NCBI GenBank assembly: GCA_013152385.1
Contig: JAADGL010000016.1
Location: forward strand, 47,694 to 111,693
Direction of reading: 5' to 3'
Source: Acidobacteriota bacterium
Lineage (GTDB): Bacteria; Acidobacteriota; Holophagae; Thermotomaculales; Thermotomaculaceae
DNA length: 64,000 nucleotides
The notes under the pieces are model-generated. The model worked only from the letters and a program-made list of their open reading frames with translations. It searched no databases and was not told the DNA's origin. Below are positions 34,383 to 43,397 of this stretch, one piece after another (the stretch's first letter is position 1; the number at the start of each line of letters is the position of its first letter). A program made the translations under genes and the position numbers.

Positions 34383-35867
34383 TCATGGAATTCGGGCATT
34401 GACCGGCGGGTAATAAAAGCCGGCCCCGTCTCCGGAATCCGGCAGTTGCGCCGGTTTCCCGGTTGTTTTCCGCAAAGCCGCTGCCAGGAGCAGCCATTCC
34501 GGTTCAATGGGGGCGTCCGCTGCTTTCAGTTCTTCCCGGTACCGGTCGATGAAGCTTGTGTCCAGTTCTCCCGCCCGGAATGCCGGATGGGACAGAATCC
34601 GCATCAGAAATTCCCGGTTGGTGGTGACACCGAGAATGACAAAGTTTTCCAGCGCCAGCATTGCCCGTTCCAGCGCGTGCTGTCTGGAATGGCCTTTTAC
34701 CACAACCTTTGCAATCATCGGGTCAAAATCCGCGAAGATTTCGCTGCCGGTTGCAACCGCGCTTTCAACCCGGATGCCCGGGCCGGACGGTTCTCTGTAC
34801 AGGAGGATTTTCCCCGGTGACGGCATGAAATTCTGATCCGGGTCTTCGGCGTAAATACGGAATTCAATAGCGTGGCCGGCACCCCGGATTTTTTTCTGGG
34901 GAACCGCTTCCACCGTGCCCAGTGCTTCTTCAATCTGCCACGCCACAAGGTCTACCCCGAAAACTTCTTCCGTTACCGGGTGTTCCACCTGAATCCGGGT
35001 GTTCATTTCAAGGAAGTAGAAATTCAGGTTTTCATCCACGATGAACTCCACCGTTCCGGCTCCGATGTAGTTTACGATATCGGCAATCCGAACCGCCGCC
35101 TCTCCCATTTCACGGCGGAGTTTCTCGTTCACAACCGGGGAGGGGCTTTCTTCAATGATTTTCTGGTGGCGGCGCTGAATGGTGCATTCACGCTCTCCCA
35201 CGTATACGGTTCTGCCCCCGGGGAAGGAAAATATCTGAATCTCAATGTGCCGGGGTTTTACAATACATTTTTCAACAAATACGTCTTCGCTGCCGAAGTA
35301 GGCGGCGCTTTCGGATTTTGACATGCGGATTGCGTCAGCCAGCGCGTCCGGGCTGTCCACCCGGCGCATTCCCTTTCCCCCGCCGCCCATGCTGGCTTTT
35401 ACCAGAACAGGAAACCCGACGGCTTCAGCCATTTCTTTGATTTCAAGGGGGTTCAGTCCGTCAATGGAAAAGCCCGGAACCGGTGAAACATTGGCTTTTT
35501 TCGCAATTTCCCGGGCCCGTTCCTTATGCCCCATCAGGGAAATGGACCCGGCGGGGGGGCCGATGAAAATCAATCCGTTTTGTTCACAGCTCTCCGCAAA
35601 CTTTGCATTTTCTGCGAGGAAGCCGTAGCCGGGATGCACCGCCTGGCAATTTTCCGATTTTGCCAGCGCCACAAGCGCCTGTCCGTCAAGATAAATGTTG
35701 TCGGGGGCCCGGACAATGCGGCAGTCTTTGAAAATGGATACTCCCTGCTTGTATTCTTTGTCTGTTAGCGGCAGAACCGGGACAATTCCTTTTTCAATGA
35801 GTGCGGTGGCAATTCTTCTGGCAATTTCTCCCCGGTTGGCAATCAGTACCCGCTTAATCGTCACCAT
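34383..35867 (-). CDS. biotin carboxylase subunit of an acyl-CoA carboxylase (no fused BCCP)
   Basis: MVTIKRVLIANRGEIARRI N-terminus, ATP-grasp region GGGGKGMR, EMNTRIQVEHPVTE. Confidence 0.85.
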   Translation of the reverse strand: MVTIKRVLIANRGEIARRIATALIEKGIVPVLPLTDKEYKQGVSIFKDCRIVRAPDNIYLDGQALVALAKSENCQAVHPGYGFLAENAKFAESCEQNGLIFIGPPAGSISLMGHKERAREIAKKANVSPVPGFSIDGLNPLEIKEMAEAVGFPVLVKASMGGGGKGMRRVDSPDALADAIRMSKSESAAYFGSEDVFVEKCIVKPRHIEIQIFSFPGGRTVYVGERECTIQRRHQKIIEESPSPVVNEKLRREMGEAAVRIADIVNYIGAGTVEFIVDENLNFYFLEMNTRIQVEHPVTEEVFGVDLVAWQIEEALGTVEAVPQKKIRGAGHAIEFRIYAEDPDQNFMPSPGKILLYREPSGPGIRVESAVATGSEIFADFDPMIAKVVVKGHSRQHALERAMLALENFVILGVTTNREFLMRILSHPAFRAGELDTSFIDRYREELKAADAPIEPEWLLLAAALRKTTGKPAQLPDSGDGAGFYYPPVNARIP

Positions 35868-36651
35868 GATAGTCCTCCGACCAGGACGGCCGCCGTTTTT
35901 CAAAAAAGGCCCGAATCCCTTCCTGCCCCTCTTCCGAAACCCGGGCGGAAGCAATCATCCGCACGGTCAGTTCTTCCAGTTCCGGGCTCGGGGGTGCGGC
36001 AATGTGATCCATAAGGTGTTTGATTTTCCGCTGGGAAGTCATTCCGCCGCTTAAAAGTTCGCTTAAAATTTTGTCTCTCCCGGCTTTCAGCGCGTCAGCA
36101 GAGTCGAAAACTTTGTGAACCAGCCCGATTTCTCTTGCCCTGGCCGCGTCGAAACGTTCTCCGGTCAGCATGTAATACCGGGAAACCGAAATCCCGGTTT
36201 TTTCCACAATGTAGGGGCCGATCACTGCCGGAATAATACCGAGGCGGACTTCACCGAAGGAAAAGGTTGCGTTTTTTGCTGCCAGTGCGATGTCCGAGGC
36301 TGCCACGAGCCCCACCGCTCCGCCGATGGCCGGGCCGTTTACCACCGCTATGGTCACCGGCCGGGCTGTTCGGAGTGTCCGGTAGAGTGTGGCAAGGCGT
36401 CCGGAGTCCGCTTCGTTTTCTTCCAGTGTGAAGTCTTTCATCTTTCGCATCCAGTTGAGGTCTGCTCCGGCACAGAAGGCGTTTCCGGAACCGGAAATCA
36501 CCAGTACCCGGATTTCTTCCCGGTCCGCGTCCCGGAGAACCTGAACGATTTCATCCATCATGATGTCATTCATGGCATTGCGTTTTTCCGGGCGGTTCAG
36601 GGTCAAAAACCAGACCGAACCTTTTTTCTTTAAATCAATTGCCTGAAACAT
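35854..36651 (-). CDS. enoyl-CoA hydratase/isomerase family protein (methylglutaconyl-/isohexenylglutaconyl-CoA hydratase-like)
   Basis: Crotonase motifs LNRPEKRNAM, GNAFCAGADL and GPAIGGAVGL. Confidence 0.8.
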   Translation of the reverse strand: MFQAIDLKKKGSVWFLTLNRPEKRNAMNDIMMDEIVQVLRDADREEIRVLVISGSGNAFCAGADLNWMRKMKDFTLEENEADSGRLATLYRTLRTARPVTIAVVNGPAIGGAVGLVAASDIALAAKNATFSFGEVRLGIIPAVIGPYIVEKTGISVSRYYMLTGERFDAARAREIGLVHKVFDSADALKAGRDKILSELLSGGMTSQRKIKHLMDHIAAPPSPELEELTVRMIASARVSEEGQEGIRAFFEKRRPSWSEDYHGDD

Positions 36652-36652
36652 G

Positions 36653-38438
36653 TTATTTCTCCACCGAATTCAGTACATCCACGGGAATATCAAATTCCTG
36701 CGCGATCAGGGCATGGGCCAGGGTTTTCCCCTGGGCGTCTATCCGCAGGCTTAACGTACCGCCGCCGCCCAGCGCTTCATTGAGGAGAAAATTCCATGCC
36801 AGCAGATTGGGAACCGGATAGCGTTCGACTTTTCCTTTTACCAGTTCCCTGAAAATTTTCTTTACCCGTTCTGCCGTCAAAAGTGTGCCGATAAAGTGAT
36901 ATGCCAATTCCGACCGGGCAATGATGCCGATATTGGACATATCACCCTTATCTCCGCTCCGCCCCAGGGCGATAGCTTTCAGTGGCAGGCGTTTTGTTTC
37001 GGAAGAAAAGGTCAGATTGCTGTCGGCAGGGTCCGGAGTGTCAGCGGGAATCGGTATTCCGCCGGTTTCCGGCCAGCCGCCGGTTTCATGAAACAGGGAT
37101 TTTTCTCCTTCAAACACGGTAACTTCCCACCGGGAAATTTCCTGCGGCACCAGTGCCGGCCAGTAGGACACCACATTCCGGACCTGGGGTGCGCCACCGG
37201 TCACCGCCACAGCCGGCGGCCCGCTTAAAATCAATGCCGGCAGTTTACGGCGGAAACGCTCGAACTTTGAACGATCGTGGTCCCGTACCGCAAAACGGAG
37301 TAACACCTCGTTTGACTCCGGAAACGGGGCGAGGTGCCGGTGGCAGGCGTTCAGCCCGACGTATTCTGTCAGATAGTCCTCAAAATCCGTGCCGACCCGG
37401 GACCAGAAAATTTCCGCGAATTTTTCCGCTTTCTCCCTTGCGTCCGGCCCGGAAATAATAATGCTCCCTTCGGACTTGAATCCGTCTTCATAGGCAATGG
37501 ATACTTTTAATAAATCCGTCGGCGTTGCTCCTTTGATGCCGAAAACCCGAACCCGGTTTTCACCTGCGGCTTCCAGCCGAATGGAGCTGAAATCCGCGAT
37601 TACGTCCGGTGTAATGTAATTTTTCGGCTGTCCCATTTCATAGAGGAGCTGTTCCCGGACAGTATCCACCGAAACCATTCCCCCGAGGGATTCGTGTTTT
37701 GTAATTACAATACTGCCGTCCTCCGATACCTCGGCAATGGGGTAGCCCACCACTTCAAATGACGGCACTTTCCGCCAGTCGGTGAAATTTCCGCCGGTAC
37801 TCTGCGCCGCATTCCAGAATGTGCCCGGCCACAATTCCCGCCGCCAGTTTGTCATAGTCGTTTTCTGCCCAGTCAAAAGAGGCCATCATCGTTGCCAGTG
37901 TAATGCCGGTATCGGTAACCCGTCCGGTAATTACAATGTCCGCTCCCGCCTTCAACGCCTTTACTACTGGCAGGGCGCCGAAGTAAAGGTTGGCAGAGAG
38001 AACCCGGCCTCGGATTTCGCTGTATGGAGCACCGTTTTCCATATTTGAGAAATCAATTCCCTCATCGGCAAAACGGTCAATGTCGTCAAGAATATTATCT
38101 CCGTCCACCACGGCAATTTTCGGGTTTAACCCTTTTGCAGCCGCCAGTTTTGTCAGTGCCCGGGCCAATCCTGCCGGGTTGACTCCTCCGGCATTGGTGA
38201 TAATCCGGATTCCTTTCTCCATAACGGTTTCAAACACTGGTTCCAGATGATTCAGAAAATCCCGGGCAAAGCCTGCTTCCGGGTTTTTCCGCATCTGTTT
38301 GTTCATAATGGACATGGTGATTTCAGCAAGATAATCAATGGTAATAAAATCCAGATCGCCGCCGTTTACCTGATATTTCAAGGCGTCCGGATCATCGCCC
38401 CAGTATCCCCCTGCATTGCCGATTCGAATGGTTTTCAT
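36653..38438 (-). pseudogene. atuA: AtuA-family (DUF1446) protein, split into two frames near nt 37800
   Basis: ORF 38438-37755 (MKTIRIGNAGGYWGDDPDAL...GHILECGA) and ORF 37876-36653 (...AAQSTGGNFTDW...) together give about 594 aa. The conserved ECGAQxTGGNF motif is broken between frames. Confidence 0.6.
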
Positions 38439-38482
38439 GCTTCCTCCTCAAAAAGAAACAGCCGGGTTGTTTCAAAAAACTG

Positions 38483-40090
38483 CTACATACGAAAAATACC
38501 GAAATCTGTTTTCTCAAAAGGTGAGTTCAATGTCGCGGAAAGCGCCAGCCCCAGCGCGTCCCGTGTGCGGCGCGGATCCAGAATGCCGTCATCCCAGAGC
38601 CGCGCGGTTGAATAATAGGGGCTGCCTTCATAGTCATATTTCTTTAAAATCGGGTCTACAATGGCGGCTTCTTCCTTCGGTGTCAGTGTTTTCCCTTCCC
38701 GGGCCATCTGGTCTTTCTTCACTGTCAGCAGTACCGAAGCCGCCTGTTCTCCTCCCATCACCGAAATCCGGCTGTTGGGCCACATGAACAGGAAACGGGG
38801 ATCATAGGCGCGGCCGCACATTCCGTAATTTCCGGCACCGAACGAACCGCCCATTATCAGGGTGATTTTCGGCACATTGACATTGCTCACCGCCATTACC
38901 ATCTTGGCACCGTCTTTGGCGATTCCCTGATGCTCATACTGCTTTCCGACAATGAAACCGGTGATGTTCTGCAGAAAAAGCAGGGGGATTTTTTCACTGC
39001 CGCAAAGTTCAATAAAATGCGTTGCTTTGAACGCGCTTTCCGAAAACAGCACCCCATTGTTTGCAATAATTCCCACCGGAATCCCGAAAATATGCGCGAA
39101 ACCGGTTACAACCGTCGGTGCATAGCGTTTTTTGAACTCAAAAAACCGGCTGCCGTCCACCAGCCGGGCAATAATCTCGTAGGCATCCATATTTTTGCGC
39201 CGGTCCACCGGAACAATTCCGTACAGTTCTTCAACAGGATACAGCGGGTCTTCCGGAGTTTCCAGTTTCAGAGACTGCCTGCGGTGTTTTCCGAGATACT
39301 TCACCACATCCCGTGCCATCTGAATCGCATGCTCGTCGTTTTCGGCAAAATGATCCGCCACCCCGCTGATTCGGGAATGAACATCCGCGCCGCCCAGCTC
39401 TTCCGCAGTGACATCTTCGCCGGTTGCGGCTTTCACCAGAGGCGGCCCGGCAAGAAAAATTGTTCCGGTGCCTTTCACAATAATACTCTGGTCACTCATG
39501 GCGGGAATATACGCGCCCCCTGCGGTGCAGTAGCCCAGCACAACCGAAATCTGTGGAATGCCCTTTGCCGACATCTGCGCCTGGTTGAAGAAAATGCGCC
39601 CGAAATGTTCCCTGTCCGGGAACACCTCCGCCTGTTTCGGCAGAAACGCTCCGCCGGAATCCACCAGGTAAATACAGGGCAGGCGGTTTTCCTCCGCAAT
39701 TTCCTGCGCCCGGAGATGCTTTTTTACAGTAACAGGATAGTAACAGCCGCCTTTCACCGTGGGGTCATTGGCAACAATCATCACCTCTCTGCCGGAAACC
39801 CGGCCCACACCGGTGATGATTCCCCCTGCCGGGACATCGTCATTGTAGAGTGCTTCCCCCGCAAGGGTGCTCAGTTCCAGAAAAGGGCTGTCTTCATCCA
39901 GCAGCAGGTCTATCCGGTCCCGGGCTTCCATTTTGTTCAGCTGTTTCAGCCTGGAATGTGCCTTTTCCGGCCCCCCCTGCTTTACCCGATTAATTTTATC
40001 CCGCAATTCAGCCGCCAGTCTGCGGTTGAACGCATCATTTTCCCTGAAATCCGCCGCGTCTGTTTTCAACCGGCTTTTCAATACCGCCAT
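38483..40090 (-). CDS. acyl-CoA carboxylase carboxyltransferase (beta) subunit, methylcrotonyl-/geranyl-CoA carboxylase type
   Basis: Typical MCC-beta/AtuC layout ([53 protein letters not shown]). ATG at 40090 preceded by GGAGG. Confidence 0.85.
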   Translation of the reverse strand: MAVLKSRLKTDAADFRENDAFNRRLAAELRDKINRVKQGGPEKAHSRLKQLNKMEARDRIDLLLDEDSPFLELSTLAGEALYNDDVPAGGIITGVGRVSGREVMIVANDPTVKGGCYYPVTVKKHLRAQEIAEENRLPCIYLVDSGGAFLPKQAEVFPDREHFGRIFFNQAQMSAKGIPQISVVLGYCTAGGAYIPAMSDQSIIVKGTGTIFLAGPPLVKAATGEDVTAEELGGADVHSRISGVADHFAENDEHAIQMARDVVKYLGKHRRQSLKLETPEDPLYPVEELYGIVPVDRRKNMDAYEIIARLVDGSRFFEFKKRYAPTVVTGFAHIFGIPVGIIANNGVLFSESAFKATHFIELCGSEKIPLLFLQNITGFIVGKQYEHQGIAKDGAKMVMAVSNVNVPKITLIMGGSFGAGNYGMCGRAYDPRFLFMWPNSRISVMGGEQAASVLLTVKKDQMAREGKTLTPKEEAAIVDPILKKYDYEGSPYYSTARLWDDGILDPRRTRDALGLALSATLNSPFEKTDFGIFRM

Positions 40091-40224
40091 CCACGCCTCC
40101 AGTGATGAAATAAGCACAAAGAGATGGTTTTATTAAAACAGAAAAGAGCATTGATTGCAATGTCATTCCCGGCCCCGTTTCCCCTGTTTTACCGGCGAAA
40201 CGGAGGGGGAATCGGAAGAAACAA

Positions 40225-41322
40225 TTATGTTCCGGGCGGCTGTTCCCGGCCGGATACGGCATGCCCGCGGAGATACGGAAAAATTTTGTGATTGGCTTTG
40301 GGAAAAGGGAGGGTGTCGATTTCTTCCATTTCGGCCCATTTGAGGGGAAGCCGGCTTTGCACCGTACCCTCTTCGATCCGGCAGTGAAAGGCGGTAAGCA
40401 GAATTTTGAAGTGAGTGTAGGCATGGCGGATGGTGGCGATTTCTCTGCCGGTTTTTACCTTGACCCCCAGTTCTTCCCTGCATTCCCGTTCCAGTGCGGC
40501 AGCCGGGGCTTCCCCTTTTTCCACTTTGCCGCCGGGAAACTCCCACAGCCCGCCCAAAAGCCCGTTTTCCGGCCGTTTCTGTATCAGAATTTGCCCGTTT
40601 TCATTGCGGATAACCGCGACAACAACCCGGAATTCGGGCACAGGCGCCTTCGGTGTTTTCACCGGAAGTTCGGACACAATCCCTGCCTGTTTTGCCATAC
40701 AGAGTTTTGCGAGAGGGCAGCGGGTACAGCGGGGGGATTTCGGCGTGCAGACGGTTGCCCCCAGTTCCATCAGGGCTTCATTGAAATCGCCGGGTTGTGT
40801 TTCCGGGATTTGTTTTGTCAGCAGGGCGGCGACTTTTTTCTTTGCGGAAGGGCGGGAAATATCGTCTTTCAGGGCAAAAATGCGGCAGACAGCTCTCAGT
40901 ACATTTCCGTCCACAACCGGAAGCGGATAGCCGCAGGCGATACTCATTACCGCTGCTGAAATATAGGGGCCGACACCGGGAAGGCTGCGAAAGCGTTCCG
41001 GGTCCGGGGGAATTATTCCGGAAAATTCATCAGTGATTTTCCGTGCCGCCCGGTGGAGGTTCCTTGCCCGGGCATAGTACCCCAGCCCTTCCCAGAGTTT
41101 CAGAACATCCTGAAGATCGGCTTTTGCCAGGGCAGAAACATCCGGGAAACGATCCAGAAAACGGAGGAAGTAAGGGATGACGGTATCCACCCGTGTTTGC
41201 TGGAGCATGACTTCGGAAACCCATACCCGGTATAAAGTACGGTTTTCCCGCCAGGGAAGATCCCGCCGGCATTTCCGAAACCAGCAAATCAGTGACGGGG
41301 AAATCTTCGGCTTCGGCGGCAA
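40225..41322 (-). CDS. mutY: A/G-specific adenine DNA glycosylase
   Basis: LPWRENRTLYRVWVSEVMLQQTRV, Fe-S loop CTPKSPRCTRCPLAKLC and a C-terminal NUDIX-like domain (GGLWEFPGGKVE). Confidence 0.85.
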   Translation of the reverse strand: MPPKPKISPSLICWFRKCRRDLPWRENRTLYRVWVSEVMLQQTRVDTVIPYFLRFLDRFPDVSALAKADLQDVLKLWEGLGYYARARNLHRAARKITDEFSGIIPPDPERFRSLPGVGPYISAAVMSIACGYPLPVVDGNVLRAVCRIFALKDDISRPSAKKKVAALLTKQIPETQPGDFNEALMELGATVCTPKSPRCTRCPLAKLCMAKQAGIVSELPVKTPKAPVPEFRVVVAVIRNENGQILIQKRPENGLLGGLWEFPGGKVEKGEAPAAALERECREELGVKVKTGREIATIRHAYTHFKILLTAFHCRIEEGTVQSRLPLKWAEMEEIDTLPFPKANHKIFPYLRGHAVSGREQPPGT

Positions 41323-41329
41323 GTTGTCC

Positions 41330-41743
41330 TCACGTTTCGTTTTTACAGGAATTGCAGATTCCGTAAATATTCAGTTCCACCATTTCCTTTTCACCGGGAA
41401 GCGGGCCGGTAAGACTTTCCGGCAGAATTTCTTTTCTGGGGCGGATATCGGTAACAGTACCGCATCTTTTGCATATAAAGTGGATATGGTCCTCTTTCGC
41501 GATTTCAAAAACGTGCTTTCCCCGGACAATACCCACTTCCCGGATCAGTCCGGCGGCAAGAAGGGCATCAATATTCTTGTATACGGTGGCAAGGGAGATG
41601 GATGGAAATTCCCTTTGAACCGCATCGAAAAGCTGTTCAATGGAAATATGGCCGGCTTTTTCAATGTGTTTCAGTATCAGGAGCCGCTGCGGGGTAGCTT
41701 TCAGCCCGCATGCCTGGATTGCCGTGCTGTTTATCATGCTCAT
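41330..41743 (-). CDS. Fur-family metalloregulator (PerR-like, judged by context)
   Basis: DHIHFICKRCGTVTDI and a C-terminal CNSC metal site. Divergent from a peroxiredoxin gene. Confidence 0.8.
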   Translation of the reverse strand: MSMINSTAIQACGLKATPQRLLILKHIEKAGHISIEQLFDAVQREFPSISLATVYKNIDALLAAGLIREVGIVRGKHVFEIAKEDHIHFICKRCGTVTDIRPRKEILPESLTGPLPGEKEMVELNIYGICNSCKNET

Positions 41744-41811
41744 TCTCTCCTCCCTGTCCCATCATACAGGAGGAAATCATTTAGCGCAAAATATTTTCTC
41801 TTAAATAAGAA

Positions 41812-41837
41812 AAATTATTTGTAACTAAAAATAATTT
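41812..41837. promoter_or_regulatory. perfect 9-bp AT-rich inverted repeat in the Fur-family/peroxiredoxin divergent region (candidate operator)
   Basis: AAATTATTT (41812-41820), an 8-nt spacer, AAATAATTT (41829-41837). Confidence 0.35.
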
Positions 41838-41971
41838 GTTGTATCCTATCTTTCGGAGGTAAAAAAATGGCGTGCAACAAACCTGTTCAAAAACAAATGA
41901 AAAAAGTGGAAACAGACAGGATGTCTGAAAATGTGAATCCGATTATGAATTCCAATCAAAAGGAGGAAAGA

Positions 41972-42583
41972 ATGTCATCACTGGTACTGAAAGAAATGCC
42001 GGAATTTAAGCTGGAAGCCTATAACGCGGAAACCGGAAAGTTTGTCACGGTTTCTTCGGAACAATACAAGGGGAAGTGGGCGATTATCTGTTTTTACCCG
42101 GCGGATTTTACCTTTGTGTGCCCCACGGAAATCGCGGCCATGAATGCGAAATTGGATGAGTTCAGAAAAATGGGAGTGGAAGTGTTGGCAATTTCAACCG
42201 ATACGCAGTTTTCCCACAAGCGTTTTGTTGAGACCGAACCGCTGCTGAAAGATCTCAGAATGACTATTGCGGCAGATCCCACCGGTCAGGTAACCCGTTC
42301 TTTCGGTGTTTATATTGAGGATGAAGGGGTGGCTCTCCGGGGCCGGTTTATTGTGAATCCGGACGGAATTATTGTAACGGAAGAGACCATGGCGCCGTCT
42401 GTGGGACGAAATGTCCATGAGCTGATCCGCCAGGTTCAGGCATGGCAGCATGCTTACAAAACCGGTGAAGTCTGTCCGGCAAACTGGCGGGAAGGAAAGA
42501 AGACATTGCCTGTAAATACCGAAATTGAAAAGCTGACCGGCCGGGTCGGCGATTATGTGACGATTGAAGAAATTCTTTCATGA
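41972..42583 (+). CDS. 2-Cys peroxiredoxin (AhpC/Prx1 type)
   Basis: FYPADFTFVCPTEI peroxidatic Cys motif and resolving Cys in GEVCPANW. ATG at 41972 preceded by AGGAGG. An upstream in-frame ATG at 41867 also has GGAGG, so a 35-aa longer form is possible. Confidence 0.85.
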   Translation: MSSLVLKEMPEFKLEAYNAETGKFVTVSSEQYKGKWAIICFYPADFTFVCPTEIAAMNAKLDEFRKMGVEVLAISTDTQFSHKRFVETEPLLKDLRMTIAADPTGQVTRSFGVYIEDEGVALRGRFIVNPDGIIVTEETMAPSVGRNVHELIRQVQAWQHAYKTGEVCPANWREGKKTLPVNTEIEKLTGRVGDYVTIEEILS

Positions 42584-42608
42584 GGAAATTTTTCGGTTGC
42601 AAAGGGGG

Positions 42609-42633
42609 AGGGGATGTTTCTTCCCCTTTTTTT
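42609..42633 (+). terminator. intrinsic terminator after the peroxiredoxin gene
   Basis: AGGGGA-tgtttct-TCCCCT followed by a 7-T run. Confidence 0.6.
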
Positions 42634-43112
42634 GTGTCATTTTTCTGCCATGGCGTGCTGTCCCGGATGAGCTTTTTTGTTTTCTTTTTGCAAAGAAAGG
42701 TGTGGATCTGTACTGAAATGAAGGGCTTTACATTTTCTTAACAGAATCTGTGGAAAATGCTGTGGAAAAGTCTTTTTGAAACGCTGAAATCTCAATGACA
42801 GCAAGGGTTTTGTCAGATTGCACAATAGATGTGTATGTAAAATAAAGTAAGTATAATCAATAAGATACAAAAAATGCATAGCTGTTGAACACCTCCTGGC
42901 GAAAAAATTAAATGTTTTTGACAGAAGACATTTTTTTTCATAAAAATGTGCGGTTTCACGGGGTTGTTTAAGTTACCGCGGCAGTGAAATTTGACAGATT
43001 AGACGATGGAGGCGATGTTAAGAAGTGTGGAGTGAGACGCTGGCCGCTGTTTTGAAGAGTGGCGGCTCGTGCTTTCTTTACAGCTGCTTATAATTCGGGG
43101 AAGGAGGAGACA

Positions 43113-43382
43113 GTGAAGTTGAATGTGAAAGCTTTTGCGTTGACAGCCGCCCTTGTCTGGGGTTTGGGGCTGTTTTGTCTGACATGGTGGGTTATTGCTT
43201 TTGACGGTGCCACCGGGGAAGTGACGTTGATCGGGCACTTATACAGGGGATACAGTATCAGTCCTATCGGGAGTTTTATCGGCCTTGCCTGGGCATTGGC
43301 GGATGGATTTGTCGGCGGCGTAGTTTTTGCGTGGCTCTATAATTTTTTTGTCGGGCGCTGTGAACAGCACTCGGTTAAATGA
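43113..43382 (+). CDS. small two-TM membrane protein, unknown function
   Basis: GTG at 43113 after GAAGGAGGAG. Two hydrophobic helices (FALTAALVWGLGLFCLTWWVIAF and FIGLAWALADGFVGGVVFAWLY). The ORF track starts at 43059. Confidence 0.45.
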   Translation: MKLNVKAFALTAALVWGLGLFCLTWWVIAFDGATGEVTLIGHLYRGYSISPIGSFIGLAWALADGFVGGVVFAWLYNFFVGRCEQHSVK

Positions 43383-43397
43383 ATGAGCGCTGCTTTT

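Noticed and set aside
38930-40105. Long antisense ORFs opposite well-supported genes. Examples: 38930-40105 (391 aa) opposite the carboxyltransferase, 29848-30771 opposite deoC, 56798-57685 and 55986-56801 opposite rfbB/rfbD, 24380-25552 opposite the FAD protein, 9073-9924 opposite the acyl-CoA ligase, and 33939-34820 opposite BCCP/BC.
   Set aside because: Their translations are Arg/Gly/Pro-rich with no recognisable motifs, RBS or sensible starts. Each lies fully inside a gene whose product has clear family signatures. This is the typical stop-poor antisense frame.
42637-42879. 80-aa minus-strand ORF in the AT-rich spacer after the peroxiredoxin gene.
   Set aside because: The peptide is low-complexity and rich in Leu, Phe, His and Lys. 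It has no RBS and lies in the most AT-rich segment, where random ORFs are unexpected only if coding. Nothing supports translation.
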